Origin: Nitrospirota bacterium
Lineage (GTDB): Bacteria > Nitrospirota > UBA9217
Length of the DNA stretch: 64,000 bases
Assembly (NCBI GenBank): GCA_963737155.1
Contig: CAVTRN010000002.1
Coordinates: 480,001 to 544,000, forward strand
Direction of reading: 5' to 3'
A program made the position numbers and the translations under genes. The notes beneath the pieces are model-generated. The model did no database searches and was not told where the DNA came from. It saw nothing but the letters and a program-made list of their open reading frames with translations. This document shows positions 19,753 to 30,745 of this stretch, one piece after another. Every line of letters starts with the position of its first letter. Within the stretch, counting starts at the first letter, position 1.

Positions 19753-22353
19753 ATGAAAAAGGTTTTAAAACAAATGAAGCTGATATCAACGAATGATGTA
19801 GGGGCCGGAGAAGAGATACCCCACAATCTTGGAAAGAACATCTCGATGCTGCAGTTGCTCACTGGTGCCGGGCGCCATCAACTGTTGGAAGATTGGAACA
19901 ATAACTCAGTGGCATATCCTGCGAAGGATCTCTGTTTGCACCAGTTGTTTGAAGAGCAGGTTGTGCGAACTCCCGATCAGGCGGCTTTGGCGTTCGAGAA
20001 AGAAAAATTGACCTATAGCGAACTTAACCGTCGCGCTGACCGACTCGCATATCATCTAAAGGGACTGGGGATTGGGCCGGATGTGGTTGTAGGGCTTTTC
20101 ATTGAGCGCTCACTGGAAATGATTGTAGGGATTTTTGGTATTCTAAAGGCAGGGGCAGCTTATGTCCCCATTGATGCCGCATATCCTCAAGAGCGTATCG
20201 GATTCATGCTAAAAGATGCCAAAGTTACATTGTTGCTCACGCAAACCAGCCTTTTGGCAAATCTGATAACTGATGTTGCGCAGACTGTATGTCTGGATTC
20301 GTTCGACTGGAATTGTCCGATAGACTTGATGCACAGTAATGCGCGCGTTGAACCAGAAAGCCTCGCCTATGTGATTTATACGAGTGGTTCCACGGGCCGC
20401 CCGAAAGGTGTCTGCATCGAACATAGAAACATCGTCAATTACGTTTTGGGCATTGCAGAACGGCTGCAACTTAAGCCCGGCATGAATCACGCGATGGTGT
20501 CGACGATTGCCGCCGACTTGGGTAATACGGTGATTTTCCCGGCATTGGTTACAGGCGGATGCTTGCATATCATCTCTCAGAAACGGGTTGAGAACCAAGA
20601 GATGCTATCTGACTACTTCAGCAAAGAAAAAATCGATGTTTTAAAAATCGTACCCTCACATCTATCAGCATTGCAGACTGGGAAAAATCCCGAACGAGTT
20701 ATGCCCCGCAGTTGTTTGATATTAGGGGGCGAGTCCTCGCGACTGGATTGGATCCGGCGATTACGTGCCTTGTCACCGAACTGCGAGATATATAACCACT
20801 ATGGTCCTACGGAAACTACAGTGGGCGTGTTGACTTATCATGTCGAATCGCAATTACCCAGTACACAGTCTGACACGCTTCCTTTGGGTAGACCTCTACC
20901 GAATAGCCGCATTTATGTACTCGATGGAAGGGGACAGCCTGTGCCTATCGGAGAGCAGGGCGAGCTTTATATCGGTGGTAACGGCATAGCCCGTGGCTAT
21001 CTCGGCCGTCCAGATCTAACCGCAGAGAAATTTGTTCCAGATCCATTCAGTTCGGACCGTGGCGGACGCATGTATAAAACCGGCGATCTTGCGCGTTGCC
21101 TGCAGGATGGCAACATCGAGTTTTGCGGTCGGATTGACCACCAGGTCAAGATACACGGCTACCGAATTGAACTCGGCGAAATTGAGGGTGCATTGCACAA
21201 GCACGGTGGTGTACGGGACGCTGTGGTGGTGGCGAGTGAAGATGAGTCCGGTAGTAAGCAGTTGGTCGCTTATGTGGTGCCGAAACGGGGAAAGCAACCG
21301 CTTTGGGGAATCAAAGCGCTTTATGTATTGCCCGATGGCTCACCGGTGGCACATCTGAACAAGAACGAGACGGACTATATCTACAACGAAATATTCACTC
21401 TGCAAGCATATCTCCGACACGGAATTACTATAAATGACGGCGACTGCATTCTAGATGCGGGTTCCAATATTGGGCTGTTTACCGTTTTTGCCAGCAGGCT
21501 GGCCCGGGGGCTGAGGATTATTTCCTGTGAGCCCAACCCTGCCGCATTTGCTTGCCTGCAGGTCAACGCCGAAGCGTGGGGCACAGGGGTGAAATGTTTG
21601 CCATTTGGCCTCTCAAGCGAGAATAAGTCAGCGGACTTGACATTTTTCGAAGGTTTATCACTCTTATCGGGGTTCTACGCTGACGCAGTGACAGAACGCG
21701 AGGTAGTCAAGAACTATGTGTTTAATCAGGAGTTGGAGTTTCAGAACAATGAGCAGTTGGCTGCAGAAATCGGAGAATTGATCGATGACCGGCTCCATGC
21801 AAAGACGGTATCCGCTAAACTGAGAACGCTATCCAGCGTTATTGCCGAGGAAGGCATTGACCGTATTGATTTGCTCAAGATCAATGTAGAAAAAAGCGAG
21901 CTGGATGTATTGGTCGGACTCAGCCCAGGTGATTGGCCCAAGATTCGTCAGTTAGTCATTGAGGTGGATCTGGAAGAAAACGTGAAGCCTATTATCGCCT
22001 TGCTGGAGCGATATGGATTTGAAGTTCTCGTCGAACAGGATCCGCTGCTGAGAAGAACCGAACTGTGTTACGTGTATGCAATTCGACAATCGGCGGCGAG
22101 ATCCGGTCTCATAGCGCAACAGCCCGCCGATGCGCACATCCGCTCACTTCCATCCGCGGACGAAAAGATATTGACATCCACGACACTACGAAAATATTTG
22201 AAAGATAGGCTGCCTCAGTACATGATTCCGTCGGCGTTCGTTCTAATGGACAAGTTTCCGCTAACGTCAAATGGCAAAATTGATCGTCAAGCGCTACCAA
22301 CTTTATCTCACGAGAAGCTACAATCCAGGCAGGATCGTGAGACCACGCACTGA
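19753..22353 (+). CDS. NRPS adenylation domain interrupted by an FkbM-family methyltransferase; frameshifted to the downstream PCP
   Basis: LTYSELN, YTSGSTGRPKG, NHYGPTETT, YKTGDL, GRIDHQVKIHGYRIELGEIE, LDAGSNIGLF, P.YMIP, NGKIDR. Confidence 0.88.
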   Translation: MKKVLKQMKLISTNDVGAGEEIPHNLGKNISMLQLLTGAGRHQLLEDWNNNSVAYPAKDLCLHQLFEEQVVRTPDQAALAFEKEKLTYSELNRRADRLAYHLKGLGIGPDVVVGLFIERSLEMIVGIFGILKAGAAYVPIDAAYPQERIGFMLKDAKVTLLLTQTSLLANLITDVAQTVCLDSFDWNCPIDLMHSNARVEPESLAYVIYTSGSTGRPKGVCIEHRNIVNYVLGIAERLQLKPGMNHAMVSTIAADLGNTVIFPALVTGGCLHIISQKRVENQEMLSDYFSKEKIDVLKIVPSHLSALQTGKNPERVMPRSCLILGGESSRLDWIRRLRALSPNCEIYNHYGPTETTVGVLTYHVESQLPSTQSDTLPLGRPLPNSRIYVLDGRGQPVPIGEQGELYIGGNGIARGYLGRPDLTAEKFVPDPFSSDRGGRMYKTGDLARCLQDGNIEFCGRIDHQVKIHGYRIELGEIEGALHKHGGVRDAVVVASEDESGSKQLVAYVVPKRGKQPLWGIKALYVLPDGSPVAHLNKNETDYIYNEIFTLQAYLRHGITINDGDCILDAGSNIGLFTVFASRLARGLRIISCEPNPAAFACLQVNAEAWGTGVKCLPFGLSSENKSADLTFFEGLSLLSGFYADAVTEREVVKNYVFNQELEFQNNEQLAAEIGELIDDRLHAKTVSAKLRTLSSVIAEEGIDRIDLLKINVEKSELDVLVGLSPGDWPKIRQLVIEVDLEENVKPIIALLERYGFEVLVEQDPLLRRTELCYVYAIRQSAARSGLIAQQPADAHIRSLPSADEKILTSTTLRKYLKDRLPQYMIPSAFVLMDKFPLTSNGKIDRQALPTLSHEKLQSRQDRETTH

Positions 22354-23173
22354 GACCGAGAAGACCCTCGTTGCCATTTGGTCCGAATTGCTAAAAGTGG
22401 AGAACATCGGGATCAACAACAGTTTTTTTGATTTGGGCGGGCATTCATTACTGGCAATTAAGGTTGTATCGCGTATCCGCGATGTTTTCGGTATAGACCT
22501 GCCGATCCAGACGGTGTTTGAAAATCCTACCGTTGCTGAATTGGCTAATTTCTTGACAGAATTCGAGGGTACATGCGGAAGCATTCAACGGATCGAAGAG
22601 ACGCTCGACCAGCATCCAGCAGTCCGAAAAGGGGTTGCAGTAGTTACGGGAGATGCTGCCGGGGGCAAACAGTTGGTGGCTTATATAGTCCCGAATGATG
22701 GACAGACTGTTCCCGTGAGCGGATTGCGTGATTATTTGAGAGCAAAAATGCCGGATAATATGGTGCCAAATGCTTTTGTGATATTGGAAAAGCTTCCCTT
22801 AACACAAAGCGGTAAGATAGATCGCCTTTCCCTACCTTTACCAATTGATCTACGGCCGGAATCAGGAACCTCTCAATTAGCGGCACGAACGGAGATAGAG
22901 CGCACCATCACGAGCATCTGGCAGACAGTGCTTAAATCAGAAAAGGTTGATGTTAACGATGATTTTTTTGAGTTAGGCGGTAGTTTACTAAGTAGCGCAA
23001 ATTTAATGGCAAAAATTAATCAGACTTTCAAATTAAAACTTCATTTAAGTGCAATCTTTCAGGAACGAACAGTGTCTAAATTAGCTTTGCTAGTCGAAAA
23101 ATCGAAAGCTTATAGTGCTGAATTTACAAATCCTAAAAAAGAAGGCTCATGGCGACTTGGTGGGGGTAAATGA
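22271..23173 (+). pseudogene. NRPS continuation: PCP, orphan A-subdomain, degenerate PCP
   Basis: FFDLGGHSLL intact PCP; IEETLDQHPAV..QSGKIDR without an A core; FFELGGSLLS degenerate; no own RBS. Confidence 0.75.
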
Positions 23174-23301
23174 CCATGGAGGGAAGCATTAAATCCAGGG
23201 AGCGCATGCCTGAATTATTTTTAAATCCAAATAGTCATTAACCCGATAGCCTTAAGCATGACGTATTGCATTCCTTGAATTAGCCGTGTGTAGTTGTCCC
23301 T

Positions 23302-24093
23302 CTAAAACGCGCTCTTTATGACACCACCATCAACCCGCAAAGCGGCTCCTGTTGTTGCCGACGCGAGCGGACTGGCAATATAAGCCACAAGCGAAGCAAC
23401 CTCTTCGGGCATTGCAAATCGTTTGATGAGCGAGGTTGGACGAACCTTCACGAAGAATTCCTTCTCAAACTGGTCAAATGATCTTCCACTGGCTCTTGCA
23501 AGTGCATTGACGAAATCAACGACGCCGCGAGATTTTGTGGGGCCCGGCAGAATGCTGTTCACGGTAATGCCGGTGCCGGCAACGGATTCGGCCAGGCCGC
23601 GCGACACCGCAAGCAATGCCGTTTTCGTCATGCCGTAATGGATCATTTCGGATGGAATTTGTACCGCACTTTCGCTGGAGATGAAGATGATGCGCCCCCA
23701 ATTGGCTTGTTTCATGGCGGGCAGGAAAAGGCGGGCAAGGCGTACACCGCTCAGGACATTTACCTCAAAGAATCTCATCCAGTCGCTATCGGGAATCTCC
23801 TCAAATGGTTTCGGTTCAAAAATGCCGAGATTGTTAACCAGAATTTCGACACCAGGATGTTGCCGAGCGAGTTCCTCCGCTGAAACCGCTGCACTCAGAT
23901 CGCCTGCAAATCCCTGCAAGGAACCGCCGGTTGCAGATTCAATCTTTTTCACCACATCTTCGACCGATTTTTGTGAGCGACCGTTGATGATGACCCGTGC
24001 CCCTTCGCGCGCAAGCGCCGTGGCAATAGCCAAACCGATGCCTGCTGTACTCCCACTAACCAGAGCGAGCTTGCCTTTCAGATCAAGATCCAT
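23302..24093 (-). CDS. SDR-family oxidoreductase
   Basis: SGSTAGIG, LVNNLG, YGMTK, VDGG. Confidence 0.92.
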   Translation of the reverse strand: MDLDLKGKLALVSGSTAGIGLAIATALAREGARVIINGRSQKSVEDVVKKIESATGGSLQGFAGDLSAAVSAEELARQHPGVEILVNNLGIFEPKPFEEIPDSDWMRFFEVNVLSGVRLARLFLPAMKQANWGRIIFISSESAVQIPSEMIHYGMTKTALLAVSRGLAESVAGTGITVNSILPGPTKSRGVVDFVNALARASGRSFDQFEKEFFVKVRPTSLIKRFAMPEEVASLVAYIASPLASATTGAALRVDGGVIKSAF

Positions 24094-24311
24094 AGGTTTT
24101 TCCTTTCAATGAAGCCATGTCCAAAAATCAAACGAACGCATTTCGTAAGTTTCTGGATTGCAAAGAATGAAAACCTCAAGAGATTCAAAAGAATAGAGCG
24201 AATTAGAGCGAAACACGTTCATTTGTTGGTTTTGATTTTAGTTCAGCACCTTGCGATCATTAAAGCGACCCCGCAACCACTCAGACAACAGTAAAAGTAT
24301 GATTTACGGAT

Positions 24312-24776
24312 CTAGATGTTTCGCTTTTTTGGCCTGATATAAATGACTTTTTCAACCGATGCGTGGACAATCCCTTTTTTATCCGTTAGTTCGACCTGGT
24401 ATGTTCTATCTATCGAACGATTTTCCACCAAGTCTTTCCGGATGGCCTCGATGTCCTGATACCCCAACTCGAATCTCGCGAAAAGTGTCGTCCGACCGGG
24501 TTTCTTGAAATTAATACAGGCTGACTTGTCCCAGACCACGTAATTAGGCCCTAGATTTTTTATCAGCATGAGCATGTAGACCGGGTCGACTGCCGCGTAC
24601 ATGCTTCCACCGAAGATGGTGCCTACGTAGTTCCGCGTCTGCCAGGTCAGCGGAAGTTTGACGTGGACCTCGCGAAAATCTCGAGAGATATAAGTGATAC
24701 GCGCGCCCGTTGCGCAATAGGCTGGAAATAGGTTGAAGCCCCACCGGTAAAGTCTTGATCGCAGAGATTCATCCAT
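24312..24776 (-). CDS. Hotdog-fold thioesterase-like protein (DUF4442-like)
   Basis: RNYVGTIFGGSMY, VVWDKSACINFKKPG. Confidence 0.8.
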   Translation of the reverse strand: MDESLRSRLYRWGFNLFPAYCATGARITYISRDFREVHVKLPLTWQTRNYVGTIFGGSMYAAVDPVYMLMLIKNLGPNYVVWDKSACINFKKPGRTTLFARFELGYQDIEAIRKDLVENRSIDRTYQVELTDKKGIVHASVEKVIYIRPKKRNI

Positions 24777-24809
24777 GAGGCAAAATCCTCTAATAACGTT
24801 CTATGCGCG

Positions 24810-25065
24810 TTCAACTCGTTTCGGCGAAGTCAACGTTTGTTTTATCCGCGAGTATCTAAGAAACGAGGATATCGCGCTTATTGCGGAGGACCTCGGCGGT
24901 GAGTCCATGCGGGCCATCCATTTTATGCCCAAAGATTATTCGGTCCGTTTGAAAAGAATTTGGAAAACATTAACATCTACCATCAGCCAAGATAAACGGC
25001 GGTCCTGGAAAATAAGTATTGAGGCCCAGGTAAGCTCAAAGCAGTCAGTGGACATCGGTGAGTAG
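24810..25065 (+). pseudogene. CheD-like C-terminal fragment
   Basis: GEVNVCFIREYLRNEDIALIAEDLGG..RAIHF; N-terminal catalytic half absent. Confidence 0.55.
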
Positions 25066-25316
25066 TTTAAGCAGGAGATTGGAAAAGGCCACTGCCGAGA
25101 AAATCTCTCCTTCTTATGTGCTGAGCGGGTATCGCGGCTCTATCACTAGTGTTTTGTTTTCCCCTTTTTCATACTCTTCGTCGGTTAAAGGGCGCGACAT
25201 CCCTCCTTAAGAAATCCTATATTCCGAATCCCGACGAGGTTGTAAAACCAAAGCAGTAAGGATTATGTGCCAGCATAGGTCGTTTACCCCGGAAACGCCC
25301 CAAGGATCTTAAACTT

Positions 25317-26231
25317 TCATGTCTTTTTGTGTTTGATAAACGTTCCGTTCTGATACTCTTCGAACGCCAGCTGCAGCTCTTCATCAGTGTTCATCACGAT
25401 CGGGCCATACCAGGCCACGGGTTCGCCGATGGGTTTTCCCGATATGAGCAGAAAGCGCACAGGTAAGTCCTGAGCCGAAACAGTCACCTGATCGCCATCT
25501 CCGAAGAGTACTGCCATTCCGTTGTGAATGTAGAAATCGCGCTCCATGTCGAAATAGTTCACTCCCTCGAAATCGTAGGCATAGGGGTTCTTCTCATTAC
25601 AGAAAACACCTTTGCCGCCGATCACGTAAGCGAAGACCGTATGGCCGCGCGGGGTCCTATGTACAAACTCGGAAAGGGCCGGGACGGTGACATCGAGATA
25701 CTCGGGCTCGATGACAATGTCTCTGACTGGGCCGAGTTTTCCCTCAGCAGTCCCGCAGATGACCTTGACCTTTGCGCCACTCTTCGTCACGACTTCCGGC
25801 ACCTGCGAACTCTTGATATCGCGGTAACGGGGATCCATCATCTTGTGGGATTTGGGGAGGTTGGCCCAAAGCTGAAATCCGTCCATTACGCCTTCGTTGT
25901 CTCCCTTAGGCATCTCCTGATGGATGATGCCGCTCCCCGCAGTCATCCATTGCATATCACCCGATGTAATGATGCCTTTGTTTCCCATGCTGTCGCCATG
26001 CGCGACATCGCCTTTCAGGACATAAGTAATCGTTTCGATGCCCCGATGAGGGTGCCAGGGAAAGCCTTTGATGTATTGGTAGGGATCGGTGTTGCGAAAA
26101 TCGTCGAGAAGCAAGAACGGATCGAAGAGCGGAACCTCGCTGTTTCCAAAAACCCGCCTGAGATGGACCCCCGCTCCTTCGATGGTGGGTTTACTTTTGA
26201 ATACTTTTCTAATCTTTCTATTTTGCGGCAT
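25317..26231 (-). CDS. Pirin-family protein
   Basis: DPFLLLD, HPHRGIETITY, QWMTAGSGIIHQE, YGPIVMNT. Confidence 0.95.
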   Translation of the reverse strand: MPQNRKIRKVFKSKPTIEGAGVHLRRVFGNSEVPLFDPFLLLDDFRNTDPYQYIKGFPWHPHRGIETITYVLKGDVAHGDSMGNKGIITSGDMQWMTAGSGIIHQEMPKGDNEGVMDGFQLWANLPKSHKMMDPRYRDIKSSQVPEVVTKSGAKVKVICGTAEGKLGPVRDIVIEPEYLDVTVPALSEFVHRTPRGHTVFAYVIGGKGVFCNEKNPYAYDFEGVNYFDMERDFYIHNGMAVLFGDGDQVTVSAQDLPVRFLLISGKPIGEPVAWYGPIVMNTDEELQLAFEEYQNGTFIKHKKT

Positions 26232-26379
26232 TTGCAGCCCTCCTTTTTTTGAAAGAGTCCTAGTGAACCAGGCAATAGGGAAGATCCCTCCTTATAAGCA
26301 AAAAGAATGGATTCGAGAGGCACTGGTTTGTCCTCAGAGGAGTGCCGTCAGTGCCAGGAAATATCATGATGAAAAAGCG

Positions 26380-26756
26380 TCGGCATACGCCGCTCGGCAA
26401 ACGAGAACTTCCTCCAACCACCGACGACTTGTACCACCGGGGCGGAGGAGTACGGCGAGCCTGTTCTTTCAGCATCTAAATCGTCAATGCAAGCGATGGT
26501 TCACGTCCCAACGCGATTCCTTGTTAAAGTTGAGTCCGCCCTTAATGACGTGGAGGTGAGAATCGTTGAACTCCGGGATGACTCGCCGCCCGTTAAGATC
26601 GACACGCTTCGGTTCGCTATCGGCAGTTGCGAGAAGTTCATCTCCGCCTCTTGCGACAATGCGGTTTTCCAAAATGGCAAATGCCGAAACCTGGGGATGG
26701 GCATCACCGAGGGCTGTAATTGCTCCATTATACAGAACCAGTTCTGGTGCGTTCAT
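26380..26756 (-). pseudogene. Amidohydrolase (YtcJ-like) N-terminal remnant
   Basis: VDLNGRRVIPEFNDSHLHVIKGG then frameshift to MLKEQARRTPPPRW; rest missing. Confidence 0.7.
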
Positions 26757-27114
26757 AGCTTATTCTCCATTGAAGAACGTTGCAGGCAAGGGGAGAAAAT
26801 ACTAACCGGCGCCGACTGCCCATGTGAGAACAATTATTTTGCAAACAGCCACCTAAAAACACTAGTAGTGCCAGAGGACGGCTATCCTAGCCTTTCCAGT
26901 ACAAGCCTTTCGACTAAGTATATCAAACCCAGAGGTTCGATGCGTTAAAGCCTGATTTCGAATTCTACCAAACAAGCCAACCGCCAAGTTGGGTCGCACG
27001 GTTTATCAAGTCAGTTTGATCCATTTGCAGATCTTACTTTTTTTATTGGCGTTGTTTCTTCACCCAAAAATCACAATTTGTAAGGCATTCGCCCACATAC
27101 CCCTTAAACCGATC

Positions 27115-27157
27115 TTGACAAGTACATATCTTTTGTTATATATTAAAAGAAGATATG
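27115..27157 (+). promoter_or_regulatory. Sigma70-like promoter with overlapping inverted repeat (candidate MarR operator)
   Basis: TTGACA 27115-27120, TATATT-like -10; CATATCTT...AAGATATG inverted repeat reaching the start codon. Confidence 0.5.
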
Positions 27158-27697
27158 AAAAACAAACCTTTAGACATCGCCCTAAGACTTTACGAGATTG
27201 CAGGCCCGATCTTCGTGTCCTTGAAAGAGGAGGTCAATCCCGCGAGCTATAAGGCGCGCTCTCATCCGGACGTTAAAGAGCTGACCTTTACCCAACTGCG
27301 GACTTTGCTTGCTATTCAGTATGGGAAAGACCAAGTAGGCAAACTGGCCCGAAGCGCTCGGGTCGCTCAACCTTCCATGTCCAAAATCGTTGATCATTTG
27401 ATCAGCCTCGATTTTGTCCGCCGTGATCCTCATCCCACTGATCGAAGGCAGATAAAACTGAGCTTGACTCCGAAGGGCACTTCCAACACGGAGCGTGTTT
27501 GCCTGAAGGCGGCAGAGAAGTATGTGGACGCGATAAAAAATCTTTCCACAAGTGATCAGAAAAAATTGCTCGATGGCATCGCCGTGATTCTCGATGTCAT
27601 CGAAAAAACAAGAAAGGACATGAAACTTGATCCGAAAAGACGCTTTGCTGACTCTCGATTTCCAAAAAGATATTTTCGGCTTTGTCCCCGGTTCTGA
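27155..27697 (+). CDS. MarR-family regulator (3' end runs into the next gene)
   Basis: LTFTQLRTL, wHTH, RRDPHPTDRRQIKLSLTPKG. Confidence 0.85.
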   Translation: MKNKPLDIALRLYEIAGPIFVSLKEEVNPASYKARSHPDVKELTFTQLRTLLAIQYGKDQVGKLARSARVAQPSMSKIVDHLISLDFVRRDPHPTDRRQIKLSLTPKGTSNTERVCLKAAEKYVDAIKNLSTSDQKKLLDGIAVILDVIEKTRKDMKLDPKRRFADSRFPKRYFRLCPRF

Positions 27698-28187
27698 TGC
27701 AATCATCCCAAAGGCATCCAAAGCCGTGGAATTTGCCCGGAAGAAACAATTTCAAATTATCCACGTGGGACTTGGATTTTCCGAAGGCCATCCTGAAGTT
27801 CCAGATACTGACTCCCCATTTAAGAGGGTGAAGCAAAACAATCTCTTCGTAAAGGGCACCCCATCCGCCGAATTCCACAGCTCTATCGTTCGCCCCGAAG
27901 AGCTGGTGGTCTATAAGCAACGAATAGGTGCATTTTCGGAGAACCAACTCTATTTGATTCTTCGCTCTCGTGGCATTGAGAACTTGGTGCTCTTCGGAAT
28001 TTCGACGAGTGGTATTACTCTTTCCACACTAAGGCGGACATTCGACCTGGATTTCCGATGCGTCGTTATCAAGGACGCCTGTTTCGACGCCGATCAGGAA
28101 GTTCACCGTGTTCTCACCGAGAAGATTTTCCCGACACAAGCAACGGTCCTCACTGTGGATGCCTTCATTGCAGAGCAGGGGGAATGA
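27620..28187 (+). CDS. Isochorismatase-family cysteine hydrolase with apparent 5' frameshift
   Basis: ALLTLDFQ, KQRIGAF, LFGISTSG, VIKDAC; RBS+ATG at 27620 lies in a different frame from the body. Confidence 0.75.
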
Positions 28188-29468
28188 TTGAGTTCAGAAA
28201 ACTCCCAGGAAACATTGCAGCAATCTGAGGCAAATAACGCGGGGCTGCTCCCTTCCAAAGGATGGCATAAAACATTTTCCGCCTTGCGCAATACTAATTA
28301 CCGCTATTTTTATTCGGGACAAACCATTTCACTAATCGGCACGTGGACCCGCACCGCTGCCTTAGGCTGGGTTTCCTTTCAGTTCACCCATTCGGAATTT
28401 TTGCTGGGTATTGTTTTCATGCTCAATTCCCTTCCTATTTTCCTTTTCGCCGTTTATGCCGGTTCTTTGGCCGACCGTATTCCCAAAATCAGGATTTTTA
28501 CTTTGACTAGTTGGTTTTCGCTTCTGTCTTCATTGACTTTGGCCGTCATGTTGTTCCGTGGTCCCGTTCACATTGCATATCTAATGATCTTTTCCGCCCT
28601 TTGGGGGCTATCCACCACCTTTGAGATGCCGTCCCGGCAGACCCTCATGGTGGAATTGGTGGGCAAAAAAGATTTAGTGAACGCCATCGCGCTTAACAGC
28701 GCCATGGTGAATTCGACCCGGGTCATCGGTCCCGCTATTGGAGGTCTTTTACTGGCTTCCTTCGGGGCTGCCTGGTGCTTTCTTTTGGATGCCATGAGTT
28801 ATTTGGCGGTTCTTTACGCGATTCACAAAATCCAGCTTCCCGCATCGCACTACGCGCCCAAAAAGGTAAAAGCCGACTGGAAATATACTTTGGAAGGATT
28901 CAAATATTTAAAAACAAATTCCACCATAGCCCAGGCCGTAGCCCTGCTTTTCATCATGGGACTGGGAGGCTGGGCCTACCAATCCCAGCTATCCGCTTTC
29001 GTGGTAACCCAATTGCATATGGGCGCCCAAGGCTATGGCTGGCTTTTGGCCCTGAATGGCCTCGGCGCTTGTACCGCCGCTTTATTCGTCGCCGCCCGAG
29101 GATCTCGCATCGTCCGCGTTAAAACGCTTTATACCGGTGCGGGCATTTATGGAGCCTTCATCATTCTTTTCGGTTTCATGCATCAACCGGTCGGCGCGGC
29201 CTTCCTTCTTTTCTTCGCTGGGTTCGGTATCATTTTATTTTATTCCATCGGAAATAGCATCATCCAAACCGAATCACCTGATCACCTGCGAGGAAGGCTG
29301 ATGGGTATTTGGGCCCTGGTCTTCGGCGGGAGCATGCCCATCGGAAGCTTTTGGATGGGCGTCGTTGCCCAAAGGGTGGGTTCGGGACATGCCTTGCAGG
29401 CGGGCGGCCTTTTCTGCGCTCTGGGGGCTTCCGCCGTCTATTATCTGGGCCGCAAAAATCGGTGTTAA
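28188..29468 (+). CDS. MFS transporter
   Basis: GSLADRIPK, NAIALNS, RVIGPAIGG, LRGRLMG; about 12 TM helices. Confidence 0.9.
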   Translation: MSSENSQETLQQSEANNAGLLPSKGWHKTFSALRNTNYRYFYSGQTISLIGTWTRTAALGWVSFQFTHSEFLLGIVFMLNSLPIFLFAVYAGSLADRIPKIRIFTLTSWFSLLSSLTLAVMLFRGPVHIAYLMIFSALWGLSTTFEMPSRQTLMVELVGKKDLVNAIALNSAMVNSTRVIGPAIGGLLLASFGAAWCFLLDAMSYLAVLYAIHKIQLPASHYAPKKVKADWKYTLEGFKYLKTNSTIAQAVALLFIMGLGGWAYQSQLSAFVVTQLHMGAQGYGWLLALNGLGACTAALFVAARGSRIVRVKTLYTGAGIYGAFIILFGFMHQPVGAAFLLFFAGFGIILFYSIGNSIIQTESPDHLRGRLMGIWALVFGGSMPIGSFWMGVVAQRVGSGHALQAGGLFCALGASAVYYLGRKNRC

Positions 29469-29790
29469 CCGTTAGCATCCCATCTTCCTGATTCGAGTTT
29501 TCACGGGTTCCATTATTTCGGTCTCGGTGCTCGCCGCGAGTCTGTCGATGGCTGCTTTGCCCTGCGTAATGTTGTTTGCTCCTATGTTTGGTGCTATGTT
29601 GTCTTTTTGGTCGACACTGGATTTCTTCTGGTGGGAACTGTTCTCACCTTGTGCCACCGAGAACTTCCACTTTGCGAATTTAATAGGTCAGAACCTCTTG
29701 CCGAGTCTGGATTGAAAAGAGGAAAAGAATGAACACCAAGTGCGTAGCCAGTTTTTTGATCACACTAATCGACAAAAGGAGAAATTGACG

Positions 29791-30120
29791 ATGGAACGGC
29801 TTAACTACGTATCCTATTTTTTTGGTGGTGCTTTTCTCACAAATGCCATTCCTCACTTCGTAATCGGATTGATAAGGCGTCCTATCCAAGTCCATTTGCT
29901 AAACCGCCCGGGAAGCGGCTTTCCTCATCAACGGTGGATGTGCTTTGGGGATCGTTCAACATAGCAGTTGGCTACTCGCTCATATTTCGCATAGGAATCT
30001 TCGATCTGCGTTGCACGAGTCATGTCCTCGCTGCGGGACCGGGTGCGTTACTTATGTCGGTGCTGATGGCCCGCAATTTGGACAGTTTCACGGAGGCAAT
30101 TCTCCTGGCTCTCGCTAATA
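29791..30120 (+). pseudogene. Small membrane protein remnant
   Basis: AGGAG RBS, MERLNYVSYFFGGAFLTNAIPHF; coding signal continues in another frame (VLWGSFNIAVGY). Confidence 0.5.
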
Positions 30121-30505
30121 AAAACTTGCGGGCGAAAGGTCGGAATGAATCGGGTATACGAGCATATAAAAAAGATCTTGGAATGATTGAGGACTCACCA
30201 TGTGCTAGGTCGCTAAATCCAGCAGTGTTTCCCTGACAACTTACCGTGAACGGGAATAAGGGTGCGCAATTCGTGGTGAGGATCTGATGAAGCTTGCAAA
30301 GTTTTTTGGAATTTGCGGTGATAGTTTTTCCGGACAGCCGGAAGCGATCAGCCTCAGTGTTGATCAACTTGTGTTGGGATATACGGCCGGAACAGGAGGA
30401 CTTCTTTTCTGATACCTTTACCTCCGTTATGGCCAGGTTCCTGATGCCCTCTTGTTCAAGCTAAGCCGTCCTGATGACGGCCGGTACCATTTTCATGGCG
30501 TCATC

Positions 30506-30745
30506 TCAGCTCTTCTTGAGATCATCCCTCATTCGCTCAAATTCCTCCTTATTGATCTCTCCTTTAGCATATCTCCTCTTCAGAATGTCAAGGGGCGTTT
30601 CTTCCCCCTTTGGTTTTCCGGCACTGCGAATCATTTTTTGCACTAGATATACAATACCGAGAATTACCAGTACCCTGAAGAGAATAATGAATATCCAGCC
30701 GAACCCCATTCCCCATCCGTAATTACCCCAATAACCCCAGTGCAT
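30506..30745 (-). CDS. SHOCT-domain small membrane protein
   Basis: MHWGYWGNYGWGMGFGW, TM helix, PLDILKRRYAKGEINKEEF; AGGAGG RBS. Confidence 0.85.
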   Translation of the reverse strand: MHWGYWGNYGWGMGFGWIFIILFRVLVILGIVYLVQKMIRSAGKPKGEETPLDILKRRYAKGEINKEEFERMRDDLKKS

